This document shows, one piece after another, positions 50,757-58,654 of a stretch of DNA of 64,000 bases. The translations under genes were made by a program, and so were the position numbers. Positions within the stretch are counted from its first letter, which is position 1, and every line of letters starts with the position of its first letter. The notes below the pieces were generated by a model that worked only from the letters and a program-made list of their open reading frames with translations, was not told where the DNA came from and searched no databases. The stretch is from Candidatus Latescibacterota bacterium (GTDB lineage: Bacteria; Latescibacterota; UBA2968; SICM01), in the NCBI GenBank assembly GCA_965217865.1, contig CBDCJO010000002.1, forward strand, positions 2,976,001 to 3,040,000. The letters are read 5' to 3'.

Positions 50757-52358
50757 TTAATTCCCGAACGTGTGTTTAAGAATTTGAAAAATCCTCTTGA
50801 TGAACCATCTCCGGGGGTGTTCCTGTGTGTGGTGTGCGACCACGGCATTGGATGGGAAAACGGTCTTGAAGATGAAACGGGCTTTGTCCATAGGCCCGTG
50901 TCTCAAGGCGAGGTGGACGAAATAGCTCAACCCGGAGCGGGTGCGGCCTTTCGCCAGGCGGCGCAGGAAGAGGCGCTCGCCGGATGTCAGATGCGCAGGT
51001 TTGAGGGCGGCGAGGGTTTCATCGGGAACAGGGGCGCCCATCTGATCTCGAACGACCCGTAGGGGGAGATAGGCCATCCGGTCCAGGCGGAATCTCCGCG
51101 CCGTCTCCAGGACCCGCTCCCAGTCTTCGGCTCCCATGCCGTCCCCGATCGCCCAGGCCAGGTCTACGACCTGGAGGGGCTTCCACATCGAGTGGGCTGG
51201 CCTCATGGCGTGTTCGCACAGATAGACGATGAGGTGATGTGGGGCGACGCGCAGGGTTTCCGTCCCGTCTACAGACAAGGGAAGCGCTTCTTCCCAGATT
51301 TCGTCCATACCCACAAAATCTCGATATGCATCGGTCGGGACGGAGGTGTTCACCAAATGCCAGTGGAGGTGTATGGACGGTGAAAGGAGATCCGCCTTCC
51401 GATAATCCAGGGTGGAGAGGGATGTGGATTGATGGGGGTCGATCCCTCCGATTGGTCCGTCAATCGGGAGATAGCCCAGATCGTTCAGGACACGGTCCGC
51501 GGCACGGAGATGCCCAGGACTGACGAGGAGGTCCACGTCGTTCATCGGGCGGGTCGCGGGGCTCGGGTAGACGGTCTCGGCCAAGGCGACACCTTTCAGG
51601 ACCATCGTGGAGATCCCTGCGTCGGTGATGGTTTTCAGGACCTCTCCGAAGGCGTTGATCATGACGACATACCGCGCGGCGGAACCATAGTAGGCGCGTG
51701 AAAGGGCCCGGGACACTTCGAGCGGAAGTTCCGTCCCGGAACGCTGGAATTGAAAATAGAGGAGCGGGGCCAGGTCCCGGGTTACGGCGACGGAGACCAG
51801 GTCTTCCCATTCGGGTTCGGATTCGGGGAGAAGCCCGTCCACACGGACGGACGGTCCGCAGAGTGAAACGACCCGCAGGAGGTCCCCCCCGTCCCGGTCG
51901 AGCCGCTCGCGGATCGCAGTGCCCCATCCGCCCAGGGTCCTGGAGATTCGCCTGCCGATCGGGATACGCGCTCCCGGCCAGCGCATGGCACGCTGTGCTC
52001 CGCGGTCGAGGCGGACCCGCCTGCCGCGTCGTTCCAGGATGTCGATCCGGCCGAGCAGGTCGGACTCGGGGACCTCCTCCTCCTCCAGGCACTCGGGCGA
52101 ATCCCCCTGGATTTTATAGGCCCCACGTCTCCTCCCCTTCACCCGATGGACGCACGGCCCCCCGGGCGAACAATAGAGGACCACGTCGCCGGGTCCGGGT
52201 TTCTCGGCACTCAGGGGATCGACGATCAGGATGTCTCCGGACCGGATGAAGGGCTCCATGCTGGTCCCGGTCGCCCGGAATCGGAAGGGCTGGCGTCGAT
52301 GATTGAGTGTGGTCTGAGCCAGGTCGAGGAATTCGGTTGAAGAAGGAATTATGAGCAT
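50757..52358 (-). CDS. S24/S26-type peptidase fused to NTP_transf_5-type nucleotidyltransferase
   Basis: N-terminal GTSMEP..GD, VHRV, QGD; C-terminal VLKG..LA..VY....RPMNDVDLLV, LHW; start chosen at MLIIPSS. Confidence 0.85.
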   Translation of the reverse strand: MLIIPSSTEFLDLAQTTLNHRRQPFRFRATGTSMEPFIRSGDILIVDPLSAEKPGPGDVVLYCSPGGPCVHRVKGRRRGAYKIQGDSPECLEEEEVPESDLLGRIDILERRGRRVRLDRGAQRAMRWPGARIPIGRRISRTLGGWGTAIRERLDRDGGDLLRVVSLCGPSVRVDGLLPESEPEWEDLVSVAVTRDLAPLLYFQFQRSGTELPLEVSRALSRAYYGSAARYVVMINAFGEVLKTITDAGISTMVLKGVALAETVYPSPATRPMNDVDLLVSPGHLRAADRVLNDLGYLPIDGPIGGIDPHQSTSLSTLDYRKADLLSPSIHLHWHLVNTSVPTDAYRDFVGMDEIWEEALPLSVDGTETLRVAPHHLIVYLCEHAMRPAHSMWKPLQVVDLAWAIGDGMGAEDWERVLETARRFRLDRMAYLPLRVVRDQMGAPVPDETLAALKPAHLTSGERLFLRRLAKGRTRSGLSYFVHLALRHGPMDKARFIFKTVFPSNAVVAHHTQEHPRRWFIKRIFQILKHTFGN

Positions 52359-52359
52359 A

Positions 52360-52870
52360 GAGAAGGGAAATGGAAAATAGAAAGTGTAAAATGGAAAAGT
52401 GTAAGACCCTTCCACCCATCCCCACCGGAATACAGAATACAGAAGTCAGAAGAAGACCGGGAATCAACTTAGTCGTCAGACATGAATCGTGAGACGGCAA
52501 AAGGCAGTAGCAGTGGCAGGAAAAGCAAAGGCAGCCCGAGCGTCAGGGGTCAGAGGAAATTGAATATTGACGATTGAAAGACCGTGAAACGTGAGACAAA
52601 AAGCAGTAGCAGTGGCAGGAAAAAGCACAGGCACCCCCAGTTTCAGGTGTCGGAGATCAGGGGCCAGAGAAATTGAAGATTGACGATTGAAAATTGAAAG
52701 ATTGAAGATCAAAGAGTCCATAAGCACATAAGAAAATTCTGCGTTTTTCAAATATTCAATTCTCCGATATTCAATATTGATGGGGGTCAGAGAAATTGAA
52801 GATTGAGATCGAAGCGAGATCCATATGGACTTTAGAAAGTCCTGGGTTGTTCCAATATTCAATGAGGTTG
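52360..52870. repeat. Mosaic heptamer-repeat insert inside the RiPP cassette
   Basis: Two GCAGTAGCAGTGGCAGGAAAAGC modules and two AGAGAAATTGAAGATTGA..CCATA..AGAAA..AATATTCAAT modules. Confidence 0.8.
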
Positions 52871-52874
52871 TGGG

Positions 52875-53165
52875 TCAGGGGTCGTTGACGGGCAAAACGG
52901 CGCGGACGGTCTCCAGGCGGGTGATGAAATCCCGGACGTCGGTCTCGGCCTGTTCGGGTCCGACTTCGAATCGCTCGACGATCCCGTCCATGATATCCCG
53001 GACGGTTTTCTCTCCGTCCAGCAGGTTCCAGATGGCGGCTCCGACTTCGTTCAGGGTGAAGACGCTCCCCTTCGGTCCGTCGATGGCGCGAACCGGGACC
53101 AAAATCATCTCGCCCGCGATCTCCCGGAAGATGAAGTCGGGATTTCGGGCATAGCGTGCAATCAC
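52875..53165 (-). CDS. PqqD-family RiPP recognition element (RRE)
   Basis: FREIAGE.ILVP, FTLNEVG..IW.LLDG, F.V..EQA..DV..F; GTG start overlaps the precursor stop. Confidence 0.92.
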   Translation of the reverse strand: MIARYARNPDFIFREIAGEMILVPVRAIDGPKGSVFTLNEVGAAIWNLLDGEKTVRDIMDGIVERFEVGPEQAETDVRDFITRLETVRAVLPVNDP

Positions 53166-53353
53166 GAAGTTGCCGCCGAGTTGGTACCCTTTGATTTAGT
53201 GACCTGTTTGCACTTCTTTTTGCAAAAGCCGGTTTCTTGGTTTCCATCCTTTGCGCTGGTGGCGTTACTCTTGCAAGGGTGCAGGACGGCCTGGCTGGTC
53301 TCAAGGAGGACTTCGTGGATCTCGGGCCGACTGTAATGCATACGCTCAGCCAT
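53162..53353 (-). CDS. Putative RiPP precursor peptide (63 aa)
   Basis: AAAGGAG RBS 7 nt before ATG; MAERMHYSRPEIHEVLLETSQAVLHPCKSNATSAKDGNQETGFCKKKCKQVTKSKGTNSAATS; overlaps both neighbouring genes. Confidence 0.8.
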   Translation of the reverse strand: MAERMHYSRPEIHEVLLETSQAVLHPCKSNATSAKDGNQETGFCKKKCKQVTKSKGTNSAATS

Positions 53354-54256
53354 GTTCGATCTCCTTTGCGATGTGGTCGGTAATTTCCGGCGAGTTGACA
53401 AAACCGAGCTTTTCAGTCCAGTCCTGCGCGAGGTCGCCGATCCTGAAGAGTGCCGCACAGCGGGCGTCGTCGTTCCACACGGGGAGGAAGGTCTGGGACA
53501 GGAGCCCTGCGAAGTTTAAAGAGGCGGGTTGTTGACAGGTCCTGTTTCGCCTGTCGTGATGAATGATGTAGATCCGGCTCAGCGGGACGCCCCCCGGGGC
53601 GACCGCGAAAGCGGAACCGGGCCAGGGGGTGCCGTAGACCGTCCACGCCCCGTCCCGCTTTCGAAGGATGGTGTGTTCGTCCCCGATGACAATCGCGTCC
53701 GGGCGATTCGTTGCGAAGAGGCGGGAGAGTGTGCTCTTGCCCGTCCCCGAGGCGCCCGCAAAGACGATGCCGCGGCCCCCCAGGTCAAAGGCAGCGGCAT
53801 GAAAAGCATCAGGCCGTCCTCTGTCCCCAGCCTGTCGGCCAGGAGGATGCGGAGGAGGGGCTCCAGGATCGTTGCCAGGTTCCGACGCCGGGGACGCTTG
53901 CTTTGTGGGCGACCGAACAGATCTCGCTGTCCCTCGGTTCCGAGCCTGATCACCCCTTCCTTCAAACCCGCGTCCATCTCGGCCACGCGGTTGGGACGGG
54001 CGGTGAGCGGGTCGCAGATCTCAAATAACCGCTGACCGTTCTCGCTGTGAAGACGCCAGTGGCCGGGCATCTCGAAGATGGGTTTCTCAGGCCGGGGGGA
54101 AATCTCTCCGGTCTCGACGACCCGAAGGCGGATATCTTCCGAAGGGAAGCCGCCAATGAATCGTCCGTAGAGACCAGGGTTCCGTTCGAGGCGGACGCCT
54201 TCGAGGTGGAGCTTCACGCCGATGTCCGCGACCCGCAAGTCCAGTGTGTTTTTCAA
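53346..54256 (-). CDS. HPr-kinase-related P-loop protein, frameshifted at an A4 run (53802-53805)
   Basis: Adding one T on - gives GLMLFHAAAFDLGGRGIVFAGASGTGKST..IGDE..VYGTPW, open to TGA at 53346; TTG start uncertain. Confidence 0.75.
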
Positions 54257-54291
54257 GGTGAATGCCCGGAGATAGAGCCCATTAGTTGTCG

Positions 54292-55424
54292 TTAATTCGG
54301 GAGGCCGATCTGAAGCAGGCCGCCCGTCATTGCCGGCGCCCCGAAGGCCTCCGCCCTGAGATGGGTGATTTGACAGAGATAATCGACCGGCTCCTCCTGG
54401 TCGCCGTGCTCCAGGAGGGAGGTGCCGGGGCAGGTGCTGCAGGCGGAGATCAACTCGCAGGAGCGGCAGCGGGTCGGCCGTTCGCGCTTCGTTTCGCGAA
54501 GCCTGGGAAAATATTCGTAGAATCCCTCCTTGAAGCTTTTTTCCCTGAGGTTGTGTCCGTTGTGCCGAGAGATGAGACACATCTCCAGGTCCCCGTAGGG
54601 GTCGACCACGAAGTTGGTTGTCCCGGCCCCGCAGAGATAGAGGTTGTCCGTGTCCGCAATGCCCAAGTTTTCGGGCAGGAACTCTTCGCGCCAGGCCTCG
54701 GCCTTCTCCGGATCGGCCATCTCTAACGCCACCACATCCTCCGGGGACATCCGTGTCCCGCAGGGCTTGTGGGAACAGTCGATGCGGGGGTGGATCTCCG
54801 GGTCGTACTTGAAATCCACTTCGAGCTCGCGCGCCATTTGTTCCATCTCCGGGACCTCGTGCTGATTGAGGCCGAGCCCCACGGTCTTCAGGCTCATCTG
54901 AATATTCCGTTCCCGCAGGAGCCGGATTCCCCGGAGGCATTTTTTGTAAGCACCGGGTACCCCGGTAACCTTTTCATAGGTCTCCTCAGAGGCCCCGTAA
55001 AGGGTGATCTCGATCTTGAAGGGGGGGTCTCGGCCAGGAAATCCACGGTGTCGGGCGTGAGCATGCAGCCGTTGGTGAACAGGGTGATCAGGAGTCCGCT
55101 CCGCTTGGCGTAGAGGTAGATGTCCCGAAAATCTCGGCGCAGGAGAGGCTCCCCCCCGGTGATGAGAAGAAAGAGGCATCCCTCCACCACCATAGCGTCG
55201 ATGACACGGCAGCACTCCTCGTAGGTCAGCTCCCGGTTACGGGCGTCAGGATCGTTGGCCGGGAGGTTGACATAGCAGTGGACGCACGCCAGGTTGCACC
55301 GGTGCGTCAGTTCCAGGGTCCCGTCGAGCGGGAACCGTTCCTCATCCGCTTTTCCGTGGACGGCCGCGCTGAAGTCGAGGTAGCGACGATGGGGAATCGT
55401 CACCTCTTCCTGTTCTGACGTCAT
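54292..55424 (-). CDS. Radical SAM/SPASM protein, frameshifted at a G7 run (55021-55027)
   Basis: CNLACVHC, TGGEP, FTNG; one extra C on - joins ETPP to FKIEITLYG; SPASM C.AG..VDPYG....C and CRSCELISACSTCPG..C; GAGGAGG RBS. Confidence 0.88.
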
Positions 55425-55498
55425 AGGTTACCTCCTCTTGAGGGCATCGGAGCTATGGAAGTGCGGAGTGAGTTTTCTTCCACACCAATAACATTTGT

Positions 55499-56764
55499 TC
55501 ATTTCTTATCCGGGAGATCGTCTTCGGAGATCACGTCGGTGATGTGCAGGATCCGGGTTTCTCGCAGATTGATGGTCTGGATGTTGCGGACTTTCTTTTC
55601 CTGAGAATCGTAGAGGATCTCGACGGAGGGCCTGAGGGGATGGGATTCGTAGGTCTCGACGACCCTCCCTACGGCGCCTGAGTTGAGCTTGACGTAGCTT
55701 TTCAGCGGGAAGGCGGACAGCTTCTGCAGGAGGACCTTGAGGACCTGCTGGCTGAACGTGCCCCGCTGATTCTGAAGCATAAACCTGACCGCGTCGAAAG
55801 GCAGCATCCCCCGGCGGTCGGGCCTGGACCGGGTAAGCCCTGCGAAGCAGTCGGCCACGGCGATGATCCGAGCGTATTCTTCGATCTGGTCCCCCTTCAG
55901 ACCCCGGGGGTAGCCGCTGCCGTCTTCCCGTTCCTGCTCCTGGTAGGCGACATCCGCGAGCCACTGGTAGTCCTTACCGAGCTTGGACAGGATCTCGTAG
56001 CCGTATTGGGGATGCCGCTGCATCTCCGCCTTCTCCTCGTTGGTCCATTTTCCCTTCGTCAGGATCGACTCGGGGAGTCGGGTCATTCCGATGTCGTGCA
56101 GGAGGGCGGCCAGACCGAGGTCCACCAGGCGATGATCCTCGAAGTTCATTCCCTCACCGATCCGGAGGGCATAGACGCCCACATTGACGGAGTGGGTGAC
56201 CAGGGCCGCGCTAAACCCGGCGTCCTGTTTGGCCTCCTGGGCATAGATCGCCTGCTTGTAAAGCAGGTCTGTCGCCCCCTTCATGCCGATGATTCGGGTC
56301 AGGATGGCCAGGGCAACGTCCACGGAGAGAGTCGTCCCCTGTTTGGCGGAGTTGATAACCCCCCCCACGAAGGAGTAGGCCCGCTGGTAGAGGGCATTCA
56401 CCGCCTCCTCATCCACCTCCGGAGGCTTTTCCGGCTCCGGGGGAGGGGGGGCAGTCTCCGGGGCCTGCGGGGCAGGTGCCCCGGCCGGCTCAGGCGCTGC
56501 GGGGGCCCCACGGGCCCCAATGGGACGGGGTAAGGCGTCTGCGACCTCTGCCCCGCTCGTGTCCAGACGTTCATTGATTCGGCGGACTTGGTCGGCAAGG
56601 GAGACGACCGCTCCCAGCTCATCGTAAATCTGCCGAAGCACGGGAAGATCCCGCATCTGGGGGGAGTCATCCCCGGCTTTGAAGGGCTGAGGGGGCTCCG
56701 GTCGAAGGGGGGCATTGCTGATGGCCGTTTCCCCTTTCCGGACCATGTCTGAAAGGCGTGGCAT
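55499..56764 (-). CDS. HD-GYP domain protein (partly degenerate)
   Basis: HSVNV, LHDIG, HP..G, QEQEREDGSGYP, IIAVAD. Confidence 0.85.
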   Translation of the reverse strand: MPRLSDMVRKGETAISNAPLRPEPPQPFKAGDDSPQMRDLPVLRQIYDELGAVVSLADQVRRINERLDTSGAEVADALPRPIGARGAPAAPEPAGAPAPQAPETAPPPPEPEKPPEVDEEAVNALYQRAYSFVGGVINSAKQGTTLSVDVALAILTRIIGMKGATDLLYKQAIYAQEAKQDAGFSAALVTHSVNVGVYALRIGEGMNFEDHRLVDLGLAALLHDIGMTRLPESILTKGKWTNEEKAEMQRHPQYGYEILSKLGKDYQWLADVAYQEQEREDGSGYPRGLKGDQIEEYARIIAVADCFAGLTRSRPDRRGMLPFDAVRFMLQNQRGTFSQQVLKVLLQKLSAFPLKSYVKLNSGAVGRVVETYESHPLRPSVEILYDSQEKKVRNIQTINLRETRILHITDVISEDDLPDKK

Positions 56765-56771
56765 TCTTGGT

Positions 56772-57575
56772 TTATGATCTCATGACCGCAGCGACGGCCT
56801 TCTGTGCGATCCCTTCATCGATTTCGGTCGCTCCGGAGCTGAAACCGAGCAGGAGGCTCATGTCGCAAACGTTGTTCACGTCCCTGGGAATCCCGTGAGT
56901 GGCACTACAGATTATGGGGAAGGTTTCCGGACTGATGATCTCCTTCTGAAGCCCGGCCTTTTTGAGGCGATAGTGGATATATTTACCGGTTTCCTCCGTA
57001 GAAAGTGGCCCGAGGTGATATTTTATCGCGATGCGCTGTTCGAGTTGGCGGATTTGCCCCACCTTCTCCCGTAGTTCAGGCTGGCCTATCAGGATGAGGG
57101 TCAGGAGGAAACGATCGTTCAGCTGGAAGTTGAGGAGGAGGCGCAATTCTTCGAATGTGTCCTGGTTTTCGATCGCCTGGGCCTCGTCGATCATGATGAC
57201 CGTGTCCTTACCCGCGTTCAAATTCTTGACGACAACGTCATTCAGGGCGTGAAGGAGGTCGAGTTTCGAGGTGGCGTCTGTCTGCTCGCCGAGTTGATAG
57301 AGGATCTCCCGCAAAAAGTCGATGGGAGGAAGGCCTGGATTGGCGACCAATCCGACCTCGAATCGATCTCCGGACAGGTCCTGGACCAGGGTACGGCTCA
57401 GGATCGTCTTGCCACAACCCACCTCTCCTGTGAGCATGGCCGAACCCTTACGGTTGTTCACGGCATAGAACAATCGGATCAGGGCTTCCTGATGCTCCGG
57501 GGAAGGATAGAAGAATCTGGGATCGGGGACGTTCTCAAAGGGGAGTTCCTTCAGGCCCCAGTGCTCTTGATACAC
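56772..57575 (-). CDS. ExeA/GspA-like AAA ATPase
   Basis: Y..HWGL...PF...PDP.F, GEVGCGKT, IDEAQ, LIGQPEL, GIPR..N. Confidence 0.92.
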   Translation of the reverse strand: MYQEHWGLKELPFENVPDPRFFYPSPEHQEALIRLFYAVNNRKGSAMLTGEVGCGKTILSRTLVQDLSGDRFEVGLVANPGLPPIDFLREILYQLGEQTDATSKLDLLHALNDVVVKNLNAGKDTVIMIDEAQAIENQDTFEELRLLLNFQLNDRFLLTLILIGQPELREKVGQIRQLEQRIAIKYHLGPLSTEETGKYIHYRLKKAGLQKEIISPETFPIICSATHGIPRDVNNVCDMSLLLGFSSGATEIDEGIAQKAVAAVMRS

Positions 57576-57875
57576 GCCCGCTCTCCTTTATTGTTTTTAA
57601 AAAAGATCCGTGAATCCTGTTATAATACTTTTTCGACCAGGAATTGTCAAGGCCGGACGACGGCATCGGGTGATGGGTCCTCCTCAAGCCCATAACTGGT
57701 CTTTCAGTCTCGATACATCAGTCAAACTTGCCCAAATATAGACACGAATGAACATTCAGTCAAGAAAAATAAACAATAATAAACTTTTTACTTGATTTTT
57801 GGTCTCATTGTGTTTAAATTAACATACACATCAAAGTATTTAATGCTATTTCATCCACAAAAAATGATCGGCGGG

Positions 57876-58577
57876 ATGAGACTAAAAGAAGCAATCGAGG
57901 ATGAAATCGCCTCTCAGGGGATCTCGGCCATTGATATTTCGAAAGGGAGTGGGGTATCGAAGGCGACCATTTACAATATCTTGAACGGGCTGACCGACGA
58001 CTCCCGCATCCGTCCTTCCACCAAGCGGGCCATCGCTCAGGGATGTGGGCGAGAACTCCTTATCCTCGACGACGGCGGTGTAGAATTTGTCTCGCCCGGG
58101 TCCACTTTGGAAGCCCAGGATGAATTCGCCAACGCGAGTGTCGTCCTGCAATATCTCCCCGGAAGACCCTTTCTGTCCGGCCACTTCTTCCAGGAGCCGT
58201 TCGACTGGCTGCACGATCTGGAGACATCGAGCCGCATCCCGCGCTGCGATGTCGTCAACAGGGTGTTCCAAAAGAACACCGATTTTCTTTCCCTGATCAT
58301 CGAGAATGTGAGTCACGCCAACATCACCGCGTCGCGATTTTCCCTTCGGGTGTCGATCCTCAAGAGCCGGATCCAGAAGAACTTTTCCCTGACCCGAATC
58401 AATCCGATTCCCCCCCTTGGAAAGATCGAAATCACCCTTTTCCTGGCCGAGGCCGACTTCGACTTCGACCTGGAAACCGCACAGGTTGCCCTTCACGATA
58501 TCGATGGCGAACCCCACGTACCGACGTGGGGAGATGAAAACACGGGGATCTACCGATTCAGAAGCTTGCCCAAGTAA
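57876..58577 (+). CDS. XRE/Cro-type HTH protein with unknown C-terminal domain
   Basis: ISAIDISKGSGVSKATIYNILNG HTH; start chosen at MRLKE. Confidence 0.75.
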   Translation: MRLKEAIEDEIASQGISAIDISKGSGVSKATIYNILNGLTDDSRIRPSTKRAIAQGCGRELLILDDGGVEFVSPGSTLEAQDEFANASVVLQYLPGRPFLSGHFFQEPFDWLHDLETSSRIPRCDVVNRVFQKNTDFLSLIIENVSHANITASRFSLRVSILKSRIQKNFSLTRINPIPPLGKIEITLFLAEADFDFDLETAQVALHDIDGEPHVPTWGDENTGIYRFRSLPK

Positions 58578-58654
58578 GATGATCGTTGAAAACCGTCGTT
58601 TCCTAGAAATTCAACGAAACCAAGTCCCGATGGGGCTTATCGGGCAGCCCGGCC

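Noticed and set aside
53579-54940. 453-aa ORF as a single real protein
   Set aside because: Its first half is an alternate frame of the rSAM gene; only about 54256-53806 is the true kinase N-terminus.
50757-55424. Lasso peptide or PQQ biosynthesis cluster
   Set aside because: No lasso cyclase or B2 protease; no pqqB/pqqC, and the peptide lacks the PqqA ExxxY motif.
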